Assembly: GCF_000219175.1 (NCBI RefSeq)
Contig: NC_015735.1
Location: 480,001 to 512,000, forward strand
Length of the DNA stretch: 32,000 nt
Source of the DNA: Candidatus Moranella endobia PCIT
GTDB taxonomy: Bacteria; Pseudomonadota; Gammaproteobacteria; Enterobacterales; Enterobacteriaceae
Reading direction: 5' to 3'
Position numbers and translations under genes: made by a program. Below the pieces are notes generated by a model. The model was given only the letters and a program-made list of their open reading frames with translations, was not told the origin of the DNA and did not search any database. This document shows, in pieces, positions 1 through 12,169 of the stretch (the stretch's first letter is position 1; each line of letters begins with the position of its first letter).

Positions 1-316
<316 letters not shown>

Positions 317-317
<1 letters not shown>

Positions 318-352
318 AAATAAAACCCCCGGCAATCCGGGGGTTTTATTTT
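317..352. terminator. Bidirectional intrinsic terminator between convergent rplQ and groL
   Basis: Perfect inverted repeat AAAATAAAACCCCCGG-CAAT-CCGGGGGTTTTATTTT (about 16 bp stem, 4 nt loop), with T-tracts on both strands. Confidence 0.9.
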
Positions 353-394
353 ATAACATCAGCTTCAATTTCAATAACACGTGAATACGTGGTG

Positions 395-2047
<1,653 letters not shown>

Positions 2048-2081
2048 TTAAATTCGTTCAGTTCAGATGATTATATGCGCA

Positions 2082-2375
2082 CTACTTCTCAACGACAGCT
2101 AAAATGTCGCTTTCGGACATAATAAGCACTTCTTCGTTGTCGATTTTCTCAACCTTTACGCCATATCCGTCATTGAAAACAACGAGATCGCCAACTTTTA
2201 CGTCTAGCGCTTTCACGTCGCCGGTGTCAAGAATACGGCCGTTACCTACAGCCAGTACTTCACCGCGCGTTGACTTGCCAGCCGCGGCACCAGTCAGCAT
2301 GATGCCGCCAGCAGACTTTGCTTCAACTTCTTTACGCTTGACAATAACGCGATCATGTAATGGACGAATTTTCAT
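2082..2375 (-). CDS. groS: Co-chaperonin GroES (97 aa)
   Basis: [52 protein letters not shown]...; immediately upstream of groL, same strand. Confidence 0.99.
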   Translation of the reverse strand: MKIRPLHDRVIVKRKEVEAKSAGGIMLTGAAAGKSTRGEVLAVGNGRILDTGDVKALDVKVGDLVVFNDGYGVKVEKIDNEEVLIMSESDILAVVEK

Positions 2376-2460
2376 TGAAAGCTCCCCTAGAGAAAGTCAG
2401 TGTCAGTTTTTGTTGGATGAACACCAGGCATAGATGTCATGCTCGGCATCATGCCGATTA

Positions 2461-2489
2461 ATATTGGGGCGTTCCGTTAAGCTTCAAGG
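2461..2489 (-). promoter_or_regulatory. Sigma32-like heat-shock promoter upstream of groSL
   Basis: On the minus strand: CCTTGAAGCTTAACGGAACGCCCCAATAT; CTTGAA, 13 nt, CCCCAATAT, close to the RpoH consensus. Confidence 0.75.
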
Positions 2490-2774
2490 TTTTTTTTTAA
2501 AAAATGCTAAAAAGATTAAATTTTAATCTTTAACATAATGTTTTGTGCCGGTAAGTTCACTTCACGTGCAGATTATGATGACGCTACTCGACCTAGTCGC
2601 GTTCAATACTACGCCAGTAAGTAACGTAAATAAACAAAAATTCTTCAGTCTGCTCCACAAAGCTTTCTCAGCTACGCTGCAGATATTGCAATACTAGCGA
2701 GCAAAAAAACGTTACTGATAAACTGATAACACGACACGCAACATGGTTGGCAGCACCTCTACGTCGGTTAGGTC

Positions 2775-3377
2775 TCAGCTAGTTTTTTTCGATACTGCCA
2801 CCATGGCGGGGCGGATAAGCCGCCCATTAAGAGTATAGCCTTTTTGCATTACCATAATCACTTGATTAGGCTCGTATTCTTCTGACTCCAGCATAGTCAT
2901 CGCCTGATGTACTTCGGGATTAAACGGTACGAGTGTGTCACCAACGACATCAAGACCAAACTTACGCACAGCGTCCAGCAAGGATTTCAGAGTAAGCTCG
3001 ATTCCTTCTATAGTTGAAGCTAGCTCGCTATTAGTTTTATCCGACATGTCCAGCGCGCGCTCCAAGTTATCAATTACCGGCAACAGTTCACCAGCAAAAC
3101 GTTCTAGCGCAAATTTATGCGCTTTTTCAACATCTTGTTCGCTACGCCGGCGTACGTTTTCCATTTCCGCCTTGGCGCGCAGCACGTTATCGCGTTCTTG
3201 CTGTTGCGCCTGAACCAACGCTGCCTCTAGTTCGGCAATACGCTCATCTCGATGATCTGCTTCAACATTCTCAGGCTCAGGCATCTTTTCCTTTGCCGTA
3301 GTTTCCGCCTGCCGTCCTTGCTCTACCTCTTGTGATTCTTGATCTTCAGGATTGTTTTTTTCTTTACTACTTATCAT
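2775..3377 (-). CDS. grpE: Nucleotide exchange factor GrpE (200 aa)
   Basis: Contains [43 protein letters not shown] ... FNPEVHQAM ... [22 protein letters not shown], characteristic of GrpE. Confidence 0.98.
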   Translation of the reverse strand: MISSKEKNNPEDQESQEVEQGRQAETTAKEKMPEPENVEADHRDERIAELEAALVQAQQQERDNVLRAKAEMENVRRRSEQDVEKAHKFALERFAGELLPVIDNLERALDMSDKTNSELASTIEGIELTLKSLLDAVRKFGLDVVGDTLVPFNPEVHQAMTMLESEEYEPNQVIMVMQKGYTLNGRLIRPAMVAVSKKTS

Positions 3378-3419
3378 TAGTGGTCTCCGCGGTTCAGCTT
3401 TATGTTCGCTAGCTCGACC

Positions 3420-3449
3420 ATTATGGGGATAAATAGTGATGATTCAAGG
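3420..3449 (-). promoter_or_regulatory. Sigma32-like heat-shock promoter upstream of grpE
   Basis: On the minus strand: CCTTGAATCATCACTATTTATCCCCATAAT; CTTGAA, 14 nt, CCCCATAAT, about 40-70 nt upstream of the grpE ATG. Confidence 0.8.
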
Positions 3450-3738
3450 TATAACGTCAAATAATGCAGCTCGTCAAATAAGCTTAATGTTGCATAATTT
3501 TTACGATAGACAATAATTGGTGTTACATTGTTGGTCTTAGCGGGAATCAATTACATTGGAGCAAGAAAATGATCTGCCTATCAGGTCAGGTATGGACGGC
3601 TTGCTGATGATTAGGTAAAGTGCCATTCTGCCTGCCAGTCCAATAAATCTATGGTAGATTATAGTTTGTTGGGCGGGGCGCTGGCTAAGCTGATAAGATA
3701 CTAAATTTATTCACTGGGATCACCTGTACAAGACTTGT

Positions 3739-4218
3739 ATGACAAAGAAAAAAGAACAAAAACCAGGTTCCGTTATCGCGAAGAACAAACGTGCTCGACA
3801 CGAATACTTTATTGAACAGGAGTTTGAAGCTGGACTGTCTCTGCAGGGATGGGAAGTGAAGGCGCTGCGCGCCGGCAAGGCGAACATCGGCGATAGCTAT
3901 GTGCTGCTCAGTCATGGCGCCGCCTATCTTGTAGGCGCTAACTTCCAGCCACTGACAATGGCCTCTTCCCATGTTGTCTGTAACCCCATGCGTACCCGTA
4001 AGCTGTTATTGAATAAGTATGAACTTAATTCGTTGTGTAGCCTAGTAAACCGTAAAGGTTATACTATTACTGCACTATTACTATATTGGAAAAACACTTG
4101 GGTTAAATTGCAAATTGGCGTTGCGAAAGGTAAGAAAGAGCATGATAAACGCACAGAGATTAAGGAACGTGAATGGCAGCTCGACAAAGCACGCCTAATG
4201 AGGCATATTAGCAGATAA
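3739..4218 (+). CDS. smpB: SsrA-binding protein SmpB (159 aa)
   Basis: [43 protein letters not shown]...; directly upstream of ssrA, as in E. coli. Confidence 0.98.
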   Translation: MTKKKEQKPGSVIAKNKRARHEYFIEQEFEAGLSLQGWEVKALRAGKANIGDSYVLLSHGAAYLVGANFQPLTMASSHVVCNPMRTRKLLLNKYELNSLCSLVNRKGYTITALLLYWKNTWVKLQIGVAKGKKEHDKRTEIKEREWQLDKARLMRHISR

Positions 4219-4223
4219 TAATG

Positions 4224-4253
4224 TTGCCTACACCTGTGTAAGTGTGCGACAAT
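4224..4253 (+). promoter_or_regulatory. Possible sigma70-type promoter for ssrA
   Basis: TTGCCT, 18 nt, GACAAT, ending about 11 nt before the mature tmRNA 5' end. Confidence 0.35.
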
Positions 4254-4264
4254 AAAGCTTACTT

Positions 4265-4649
4265 GGGGCTGAATACTGGATTCGACGAAATTTGCTAAAC
4301 TAAAGGTGCATGCCGAGGTGGGGTTTGCCTCGTAAAAAAGCCTCAAAAAGTAATTGCAAACGACTCGCAATACGAATCTGTTGCATTAGCAGCTTAATCA
4401 GTCTAATAACCTGAAGATTCCCTTTCTCCCTAGCCTCAGCTCTTAGGACGGGGAGCAAGAAAGGTCAACACTACAAGAGATCGCACCGATGTCTTGCCTG
4501 GGGCTGAAGTGTTAAATACTACAAGCAGGCTAGTCTGTTAGTGGTGTGTCAGTCCGCAGCTAACAAGCAAATTAAAAGACTTGACTAAGCATGTAGCGCC
4601 GAAGGGGCAGAAATGACGGACGCGGGTTCAAATCCCGCCAGCTCCACCA
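4265..4649 (+). ncRNA. ssrA: Transfer-messenger RNA (tmRNA)
   Basis: 5' end GGGGCTGAATACTGGATTCGACGAAATTTGCTAAAC..AAGGTGCATGCCGAGG; conserved CTCCCTAGCCTCAGCTCTTAGGACGGGGA; 3' end GGACGCGGGTTCAAATCCCGCCAGCTCCACCA. The internal tag frame 4356..4397 encodes ANDSQYESVALAA*. Confidence 0.98.
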
Positions 4650-4847
4650 GTTTATGATAATGTTTGATGACCTGTTATGATCTGAATGGAACAAGCAAAC
4701 AGCAAAGCAACATTTTTCCCTTCAACCAGGGCTGATTACCTGCTTATGGTTGACGACGATACCTGATCGCAAAACATACATCCAACAGTACACTAAACTT
4801 GTGCTTGCGATGTCATGGAAGTTATAATACTAAGACGGAATGTCCAT

Positions 4848-6509
4848 ATGATGGAGGCCAAAGGTCATCCAAAGAATTTTATTCGTCACATTATCGACGA
4901 AGATCTAGCTTCTGGTAAGACCAAATCAGTACATACCCGTTTTCCACCGGAGCCAAATGGCTATTTGCATATCGGCCATGCAAAATCAATTTGCCTAAAT
5001 TTTGGTATCGCCCAGGATTATCAGGGCCAATGCAATCTGCGTTTTGACGATACTAATCCGGTTAAGGAACATATAGAATATGTTGAATCTATCAAGTATG
5101 ACGTGCAGTGGTTAGGTTTTAACTGGAGCGGTGATGTGCACTACTCCTCAGATTATTTCGATAAGCTGCATGATTATGCGCTTGAGCTGATTGAAAAACG
5201 GCTCGCCTATGTCGACCAGCTATCGACGGAAGAAATACGCGAGCAGCGCGGTACACTCACGCGCCAAGGTACAAATAGCCCTTATCGTGATCGGAGCGTA
5301 AAAGAAAATTTGGAGCTATTTGCCAAAATGCGAACCGGAGAACTAGCAGAAGGCAGCGCCTGCCTACGTGCTAAAATCGATATGGCTTCACCTTGTATGG
5401 TGATGCGAGACCCAATTTTATATCGAATAAAATTCGCGGATCATTATCATACCGGCAAAAAATGGTGTATTTACCCGATGTATGACTTTACCCACTGCAT
5501 CTCAGATGCTATGGAAGGCATTACCCACTCGTTATGCACGCTAGAGTTTCAGGATAATCGCCGGCTGTATGATTGGGTGCTAGATAACATCACCATTAAT
5601 GTGCATCCAAGACAATATGAATTTTCCCGGCTGAATCTAGAATACTCCATCATGTCCAAGCGCAAGCTAAATATGCTGGTAAAGGCAAAAATCGTCGATG
5701 GTTGGGACGATCCGCGGATGCCAACAATTTCAGGCCTGCGACGACGTGGCTATACGGCAACCTCAATTCGTGAATTTTGCCGACGCATTGGTGTGACTAA
5801 GCAAGATAATAATGTGGAAATTACTGCCTTGGAAGCATGTATTCGCGCAGAACTGAACGAGCACGCGCAGCGCGCAATGGCGGTGATCAATCCCGTACGG
5901 TTAGTGATAGAAAGCTGGCCAGTGGGGTATGAACAATATCTTGCCATGCCAAACCATCCCCACAAGCCAGAAATGGGTAACCGGCAAGTTGCCTTCAGCC
6001 GCGAAATCTTTATCGATCATGCCGACTTCAGTGAAAAAGCTAACAACAAGCAATACAAGCGCCTGGTGCTAGGTCAGGAAGTCCGCTTGCGATATGCCTA
6101 TGTGATTAAAGCTGAACGTATTGAGCAAGACTCCCAAGGCAAAATTACTGCTATCTTCTGCCGCCACGATCCCGATACGCTAGGTAAAGCTCCCGCTAAC
6201 GGTCGTAAGGTAAAAGGTATAATCCATTGGGTATCAGCCACCAATTGCGTCGCTGCCGAGTTTCGGCTCTATGAACGATTGTTTAGCATTGCAACTCCAG
6301 CGGTGGCAGAAGATCTGTTTTCTACGCTGAACCCGCATTCGTTAGTCATCCGTCATGGTTTTGTAGAAGCTAGTGTACCGGCAGCCAATACTAGTGAACC
6401 AGTTCAGTTTGAACGCGAGGGATATTTTTGCGCAGACTGCCGCTATTTTAGCCCATCCAATCCGGTTTTCAACCGCACCGTAGGACTACGCGACACCTGG
6501 GTTAAGTAA
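4848..6509 (+). CDS. glnS: Glutaminyl-tRNA synthetase
   Basis: [58 protein letters not shown]...; start chosen by homology inside the longer ORF 4815..6509 (4851 is an alternative start). Confidence 0.97.
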   Translation: MMEAKGHPKNFIRHIIDEDLASGKTKSVHTRFPPEPNGYLHIGHAKSICLNFGIAQDYQGQCNLRFDDTNPVKEHIEYVESIKYDVQWLGFNWSGDVHYSSDYFDKLHDYALELIEKRLAYVDQLSTEEIREQRGTLTRQGTNSPYRDRSVKENLELFAKMRTGELAEGSACLRAKIDMASPCMVMRDPILYRIKFADHYHTGKKWCIYPMYDFTHCISDAMEGITHSLCTLEFQDNRRLYDWVLDNITINVHPRQYEFSRLNLEYSIMSKRKLNMLVKAKIVDGWDDPRMPTISGLRRRGYTATSIREFCRRIGVTKQDNNVEITALEACIRAELNEHAQRAMAVINPVRLVIESWPVGYEQYLAMPNHPHKPEMGNRQVAFSREIFIDHADFSEKANNKQYKRLVLGQEVRLRYAYVIKAERIEQDSQGKITAIFCRHDPDTLGKAPANGRKVKGIIHWVSATNCVAAEFRLYERLFSIATPAVAEDLFSTLNPHSLVIRHGFVEASVPAANTSEPVQFEREGYFCADCRYFSPSNPVFNRTVGLRDTWVK

Positions 6510-6688
6510 GAGCCAAACTATTTTGCCATTGCCGCATCCTCGCTCTCGGTGGGAGCTGTTAAATGATGCAATTAATCCTATATCAGGTATGGATAGGTGT
6601 ATCACCATAGTAAAAGTAAAAAAATATGTAAATCTTAAGTCTAGCCAAAAAATAATAACCACACCGGAAATATTTTACTGTTTATCGA

Positions 6689-7234
6689 CTACACACGAAT
6701 AAAATTTGCACGATAATAAGCCAGTTCTGCTACTGATTCTCGTAGATCATCCAGCGCCCGATGATTATTTTTTTTCTTTAGTCCGACCAAGATTTCTGGT
6801 TTCCATCGGCGTACCAGTTCTTTTAGCGTACTAACATCAAGATAACGGTAGTGGAAATAAGCTTCCAGCGCCGGCATATAACAAAACAAAAAGCGACGAT
6901 CCTGGCCGATACTGTTGCCACAAATAGGCGATTTACCGGCAGGTACCCATTCTCTTAAAAATGCCAGCGTTTGCGCAACTGCAGCATTTTCATCCAGCTT
7001 GCTGTGACGTACCCGGTCAACTAACCCGCTGGTGGTATGGGTACGTACATTCCACTCATCCATCAGTGCCAACTTCGCTTCTGGTTGATGTATGGCCAGT
7101 ACTGGACCTTCTGTCAGAATAACAAGATTAGGGTCGGTTACAAGCGTAGCGATTTCAATAATGCGATCACGCTCGGGATCAAGCCCAGTCATTTCTAGAT
7201 CGATCCAAATCAGGTTATTATCATTTACCGGCAT
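6689..7234 (-). CDS. orn: Oligoribonuclease (181 aa)
   Basis: [31 protein letters not shown] ... [44 protein letters not shown]: DEDD exonuclease motifs. Confidence 0.97.
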   Translation of the reverse strand: MPVNDNNLIWIDLEMTGLDPERDRIIEIATLVTDPNLVILTEGPVLAIHQPEAKLALMDEWNVRTHTTSGLVDRVRHSKLDENAAVAQTLAFLREWVPAGKSPICGNSIGQDRRFLFCYMPALEAYFHYRYLDVSTLKELVRRWKPEILVGLKKKNNHRALDDLRESVAELAYYRANFIRV

Positions 7235-7659
7235 GATTTTCTAGTAGCAATTGTTCTACGGCTAATTACCTAGCATGATAGCTGTTTAAACGGAAGATTC
7301 ATCCTCACTAAATACGGTAGGTAAAATTAGTCAAAATAAACTGTCCACAATTCATGTGCAACTAGTATAGCCAAACATCAGCGCCACCTGCAACAGTACG
7401 AGCAAGTCATCGCCCAATGGCAGGTGAAAATAATGGATTTTGAGCATTACGCTTAACGTATGGTGATACCGTAGTATAGATCGCCCAGTACCCGTAGCGG
7501 AAAATTGCTCTTTTCCTCTCAGGGAGTAATGCTTACCAAATAATTAGCAAGCAGCGATTTTGACCAAATCATTACTTGAAAATAAACTATCCGTAACTGA
7601 TAATAGCCTCGCTGGTTTAGATACTGTCAGCCAGGCAGTCACCAAACAAAAAACATAGA

Positions 7660-8007
7660 ATGATTATTATGATTAAGACGGCAGCATTACAATTTACCGA
7701 TGCAGCAGCAAGCCAGGCCCAAAAACTTATCGCGGCAGAAAATAATCCAACTCTAAAATTGCGGGTCTACATTACCGGTGGCGGCTGTAGCGGTTTTCGC
7801 TATGGTTTCACCTTGGATGATAAGGTGAACGAAGATGACTTGCTTATCGAGAAACATGGTGTGTCACTAGTAGTCGACCAGATGAGCTTACAATACTTGC
7901 TAGGAGGTTCGGTAGACTACAGCGAAGGGCTGGAAGGGTCACATTTTATTGTTTCTAATCTAAAAGCCAAGACTACCTGTAGTTGTGGGTCTTCATTCAG
8001 CATCTAA
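7660..8007 (+). CDS. erpA: Iron-sulfur cluster insertion protein ErpA (A-type carrier)
   Basis: [29 protein letters not shown]...[40 protein letters not shown]; three conserved Cys. ATG at 7666 or 7672 may be the true start. Confidence 0.95.
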   Translation: MIIMIKTAALQFTDAAASQAQKLIAAENNPTLKLRVYITGGGCSGFRYGFTLDDKVNEDDLLIEKHGVSLVVDQMSLQYLLGGSVDYSEGLEGSHFIVSNLKAKTTCSCGSSFSI

Positions 8008-8025
8008 CAGCATCTAATTACCTGT

Positions 8026-8101
8026 TGGTGCCCGGACTTGGAATTGAACCAAGGACACGGGGATTTTCAGTCCCCTGCTCTACCAACTGAGCTATCCGGG
8101 C
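8026..8101 (-). tRNA. tRNA-Phe (anticodon GAA)
   Basis: Minus strand GCCCGGATAGCTCAGTTGGTAGAGCAGGGGACTGAAAATCCCCGTGTCCTTGGTTCAATTCCAAGTCCGGGCACCA; full cloverleaf and encoded CCA. Confidence 0.98.
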
Positions 8102-8565
8102 AACGGGCAGCATTAAACATTATTGTCGCGATTTCGTCAACTAGTTTATCTAATCATTACTTGAGACCGTCGTTCGTTTTAAGGTACCTTCCCCCCCCCT
8201 GCACGGGTATTTTTTTACAAAATGGTAATCAAGCATCAAGTAGCCAAGACCAGCTACATCTGCTAACCGATGCCGAACCCTAACCAGACCATGAATGATT
8301 ATAGATCTGTCAGTCAAGCTTTACCAGTTTAGGTGTTATTTGTTTTATTTTATGCCACTTTCCTAGTTAACACTTAATACTCATACTTACTCCGAATAAG
8401 CTCGGCTGCCGACCAGCTGTCAACCAGTAATAGTTGCTCGTCAACTTAGTTATTATATAATATACCTGAGCAATGGGATCCACGATCAGTTCAAGTTAGC
8501 ATATTTTGTGGTGCATTGGTTTCAAATAATTTGCTTGGCTCTTTTATCTGACAGAAACCATAAAA

Positions 8566-9372
8566 ATGAAGGTTGTCTCATTCAATATCAATGGCATACG
8601 TGCTCGCCCCCATCAACTGGAAGCGATTATTACTAAACTTCAGCCGGACCTAATCGGTCTGCAAGAAACCAAAGTCAATGACGATCTGTTTCCACTAGAA
8701 GCCTTGTCACGTCAAGGGTATAATGCTTATTATTATGGCCAAAAAGGCCAATACGGCGTGGCATTGCTCAGCAGAGAAAAGCTGTTCGCCATACGCCGTG
8801 GCTTTAATACCGCCGGCAACGAATCTCAGCGAAGAATTATCATGGCTGATTTAATCACGCCTAAAGGCTTATTAACTGTGGTGAACGGTTACTTTCCCCA
8901 AGGTGAAAACCGTTCTCACCCAGTTAAATTCACGGCAAAAGAGCGTTTTTACCACTCTATACAGAAATATATCGAACAAAATCACCAGAGAGAATCTATG
9001 TTACTGATCATGGGTGATATGAATATCAGCCCCACAAATTTGGACCTTGGTATCAGCGAAGAGAGTCGTAAACGCTGGCTTCGCACCGGTAAGTGTTCTT
9101 TTCTACCCGAGGAGCGAGTATGGATGGAACGTCTGTTGTCATGGGGATTGATAGACACTTACCGCCAGGCCAATCCATTAGGGGATAAGCGCTACTCCTG
9201 GTTTAACTATCGTTCGCGCGGTTTTAATGAAAACCGCGGTCTTCGCATTGACCTACTGCTGGCCTCACGACCGCTGGCTGCGTTAATGCGAGCGACTGGT
9301 ATCGATTATACCGTTCGCGCGATGAACAAGCCGTCAGATCACGCGCCAGTTTGGGCAGATTTCGATGTGTGA
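8566..9372 (+). CDS. xthA: Exodeoxyribonuclease III (268 aa)
   Basis: [37 protein letters not shown]...[37 protein letters not shown]...[13 protein letters not shown]. Confidence 0.98.
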   Translation: MKVVSFNINGIRARPHQLEAIITKLQPDLIGLQETKVNDDLFPLEALSRQGYNAYYYGQKGQYGVALLSREKLFAIRRGFNTAGNESQRRIIMADLITPKGLLTVVNGYFPQGENRSHPVKFTAKERFYHSIQKYIEQNHQRESMLLIMGDMNISPTNLDLGISEESRKRWLRTGKCSFLPEERVWMERLLSWGLIDTYRQANPLGDKRYSWFNYRSRGFNENRGLRIDLLLASRPLAALMRATGIDYTVRAMNKPSDHAPVWADFDV

Positions 9373-9515
9373 ATGGTGAATGCATGGCAGTAGTTTGGCG
9401 TGCGAACTAACGTTTTCATAAGCTGTTTAGCCAGTTGACGTTATACACCCACAGTATACGGACGTATACTGGCCTGGCTTATATCCACTTATGTGTGCAG
9501 ATTGCTGGGGATGAG

Positions 9516-9659
9516 TTATTTCTCTTCCGCCCATTCGCTAAGATCGATTAATTGGCAGCGTTTACTGCAAAACGGCCGGAACTTGCTGTTCTGACTCCAT
9601 TCTACCGTTTGGCCACAGTTTGGGCAGGTGACGGTGACATTAACCATATCATTGATCAT
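9516..9659 (-). CDS. yacG: YacG-like small Cys4 zinc-finger protein (DNA gyrase inhibitor family), short form of 47 aa
   Basis: Manual minus-strand translation: [49 protein letters not shown]2C-X15-CX3C spacing and the [21 protein letters not shown] signature match E. coli YacG. Missing from the ORF track because it is under 60 aa. A second start is possible at 9647. Confidence 0.85.
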   Translation of the reverse strand: MINDMVNVTVTCPNCGQTVEWSQNSKFRPFCSKRCQLIDLSEWAEEK

Positions 9660-9705
9660 CATAATCGTGGCTCATAATACTAATTACTTGGTTATTGGTT
9701 GGCTT

Positions 9706-9993
9706 TTAACAACCAACCCATTCAAACGACAAGTGGTTTGGTACCACGCCGTTCTCGCGGTAACGGATAGCATAACGGGTTTTATGACCGGCAATGAACT
9801 GTTAGCATTTAAAGACAAATTGAACCACTTTCAAAAATATCGATCATATCGGTTAAAAAAAGAAAAAACGTCAGTGATTGCTCTTAATGCTTGAGACCGG
9901 TAGAGCTGCTGTAGCAGGAACTATAACCGCACGCAACCAGGTGCGTATTTTTTCATTTAACGGGTGGTCAAACAGCACCATTGTGGCATACAT
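9706..9993 (-). pseudogene. zapD: Decayed zapD (yacF) remnant with an internal deletion and frameshifts
   Basis: The minus strand holds three ordered fragments: MYATMVLFDHPLNEKIRTWLR (N-terminus), FFLFLTDMIDIFESGS (middle, another frame) and AGHKTRYAIRYRENGVVPNHLSFEWVGC* (C-terminus). They align in order to recalled E. coli ZapD and lie directly upstream of yacG, as in E. coli. Confidence 0.8.
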
Positions 9994-10227
9994 AAATTCA
10001 ACTCATAGAGAGCATTATTAGTAACTTTATACTCAGAACGCCCGTTATTTTAAAGACATTAATAATATTATTGGCACAAGCAAGTTGTCATTTTGCTCTC
10101 TCCCGCAGCTTTCCTGGATAAGGATAAGTTTGTTGGCACTTTGGATTTTATTTAACCATCCATCCATACATACGTAATCCGTACACTGTAGATTAGTACA
10201 ATAACAGTTCTAATCTGAATAACCATT

Positions 10228-10250
10228 ATTACTAGCTTACAGCTAGTAAT
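10228..10250 (-). terminator. Hairpin just after the tyrS stop codon
   Basis: ATTACTAGCT-TAC-AGCTAGTAAT, perfect 10 bp stem with 3 nt loop, 3 nt past the tyrS stop. It has no clear U-tract. Confidence 0.4.
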
Positions 10251-10253
10251 TTA

Positions 10254-11522
10254 TTATTGCCAGTTGAGCAGATAGTAGTGTTTCTTCCCAATACGCAACA
10301 AGGTATAACGGCCATATAACCTATCAACATCGTTAAAAACATAATCTAAATCTGCCTGTTTTTCCCCGTTTACCGCCACCGCGTTGGAACTGATCATGGT
10401 ACGAGCCTGCCTGCGCGATTGAGCTAGCTCAGTAGCTACCAGCGCCTGCTGTAAATTAGCCCCTCTCTCAATAACTAACGTTGGCATGCCGTCCTGGGCC
10501 AATTGGGTTAAATCATCCTCGGTTAGGTCTGCTAGCTTGCCGGTGAACAGGCTGGCGGTAATGCGCTTCGCCGTTGCCAATCCTTGCTCGCCGTGTACTA
10601 TGCGAGTTACCTCTTCTGCCAAGACATACTGGGCCAGCGGCGATTTATATCGGTCGCGATCCTCTCGTTCTAGCGCCTCAATAGCTGAAACTGTCATGAA
10701 GGTAAAACGCTTCAAGAAGTTGTACACGTCGCTGTCGGCGGTATTAATCCAGAACTGATAGAACTTATAGGGGCTAGTTTTGCGAGCATCTAGCCACACC
10801 GTGCCGCTCTCGGTCTTACCAAATTTTGTGCCGTCAGCTTTGGTGATAAGCGGCACGGTCAAGCCATAAACCTTTTGTTGATGCAATCTGCGCGTCAAAT
10901 CGATACCATAGGTGATATTTCCCCACTGGTCAGAACCACCAATCTGCAGTTTCACACCGTATTGTTTATACAGGCAAGCAAAATCGTAGCTTTGCAATAA
11001 ACTATAGGCAAACTCGGTAAAAGAGATACCACTATCTTCACGGAAGAACCGCTGCTTTACCGAAGCTTTATTAATCATCTGATTGATTGAAAAATGTTTA
11101 CCAATATTTAGTAGGAATGTTATCAAGTTCATCGATTCAAACCAGTCATAGTTATTGGCAGCGATGGCGCTGTTGGCGCTGCTGCCAAAATCTAGGAACA
11201 GCGATACCTGGCGTTCAATGTTTCTCATCCATTCCTGTACGTTATCCGTGATATTTAGCTTACGCTCGGTCGCTTTGAAACTTGGATCGCCGATCAGTCC
11301 GGTGGCGCCGCCTATGAGCACCACTGGCCGGTGACCGGCCAGTTGGAAGCGTTTCAGACAAAGCAAGGGAACCAAATGTCCCAAATGCAAGCTATCGGCG
11401 GTTGGATCGAAGCCACAATACAAAGCAATCGGTCCTGCCGACAACTGCTCGGCTAACGCCTGTTCATCAGTGATTTGGGCAATTAGGTCCCGCTCTTGCA
11501 ATTGTTGTATTAGACTCGCCAT
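10254..11522 (-). CDS. tyrS: Tyrosyl-tRNA synthetase
   Basis: [60 protein letters not shown]...[13 protein letters not shown]; start chosen by homology inside ORF 10254..11540. Confidence 0.97.
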   Translation of the reverse strand: MASLIQQLQERDLIAQITDEQALAEQLSAGPIALYCGFDPTADSLHLGHLVPLLCLKRFQLAGHRPVVLIGGATGLIGDPSFKATERKLNITDNVQEWMRNIERQVSLFLDFGSSANSAIAANNYDWFESMNLITFLLNIGKHFSINQMINKASVKQRFFREDSGISFTEFAYSLLQSYDFACLYKQYGVKLQIGGSDQWGNITYGIDLTRRLHQQKVYGLTVPLITKADGTKFGKTESGTVWLDARKTSPYKFYQFWINTADSDVYNFLKRFTFMTVSAIEALEREDRDRYKSPLAQYVLAEEVTRIVHGEQGLATAKRITASLFTGKLADLTEDDLTQLAQDGMPTLVIERGANLQQALVATELAQSRRQARTMISSNAVAVNGEKQADLDYVFNDVDRLYGRYTLLRIGKKHYYLLNWQ

Positions 11523-11727
11523 AAAAAGATCTCTTTGCAAAGAAAAATTTAACTACCGCCTTAGTATTGCCTAGCAAAATGGGCTAAAATCTTGAGTTAT
11601 TCTGTTCTGGCATCTCTTAACTAACTGTGTTTGGCTAAATGGCAAAACCATGATTTTTAGGAGTATATGTTGTACATTGCTAAGTGTTTAACGTTCAAGA
11701 AATAGTGTAATGTTTTTCACTTAACGT

Positions 11728-11817
11728 TGGCGGAGAGACAGGGATTTGAACCCTGGAAGGGATACTTCCCTTAACGGTTTTCGAGACCGTCCCGTTCAAC
11801 CACTCCGGCATCTCTCC
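11728..11817 (-). tRNA. tRNA-Ser (anticodon CGA)
   Basis: Minus strand GGAGAGATGCCGGAGTGGTTGAACGGGACGGTCTCGAAAACCGTTAAGGGAAGTATCCCTTCCAGGGTTCAAATCCCTGTCTCTCCGCCA; long variable arm. Confidence 0.97.
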
Positions 11818-12093
11818 TGTTAACTATCGCTATCTATAATGCCCGGTTTTGCAGTATTTTCATAGTATTAATAATCTATTACTAACTATTCTAGTGTAGT
11901 GACAACTGAACTACTCCATAATCTGCCTATTTTAAACAATTTAATTATAGGTGCTTGCTTCACAAGCCAATGACTAATAGGAGCTTAAAAGCAATAATTA
12001 GGCGGTAAAAAATTTTGCAATGTTGTTGTTTAATGCTGTTATTTGTTGACAACATATTCATTTACCATTACTATTTTCATTTATTATGCTTAT

Positions 12094-12169
12094 TCCTCTG
12101 TAGTTCAGTTGGTAGAACGGCGGACTGTTAATCCGTATGTCACTGGTTCGAGTCCAGTCAGAGGAGCCA
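12094..12169 (+). tRNA. tRNA-Asn (anticodon GTT)
   Basis: TCCTCTGTAGTTCAGTTGGTAGAACGGCGGACTGTTAATCCGTATGTCACTGGTTCGAGTCCAGTCAGAGGAGCCA. Confidence 0.98.

Noticed and set aside
8038-8283. ORF of 81 aa on the plus strand
   Set aside because: It overlaps tRNA-Phe and runs through the C9 homopolymer; no recognisable family.
9628-9894. ORF of 88 aa on the plus strand ([31 protein letters not shown]...)
   Set aside because: It is antisense to the zapD remnant and the yacG start. The minus strand has clear homology, the plus strand has none.
10021-10227. Possible coaE remnant upstream of the zapD fossil, expected from E. coli gene order
   Set aside because: Manual reading of the minus strand gave no convincing CoaE motif; not supportable without a search.
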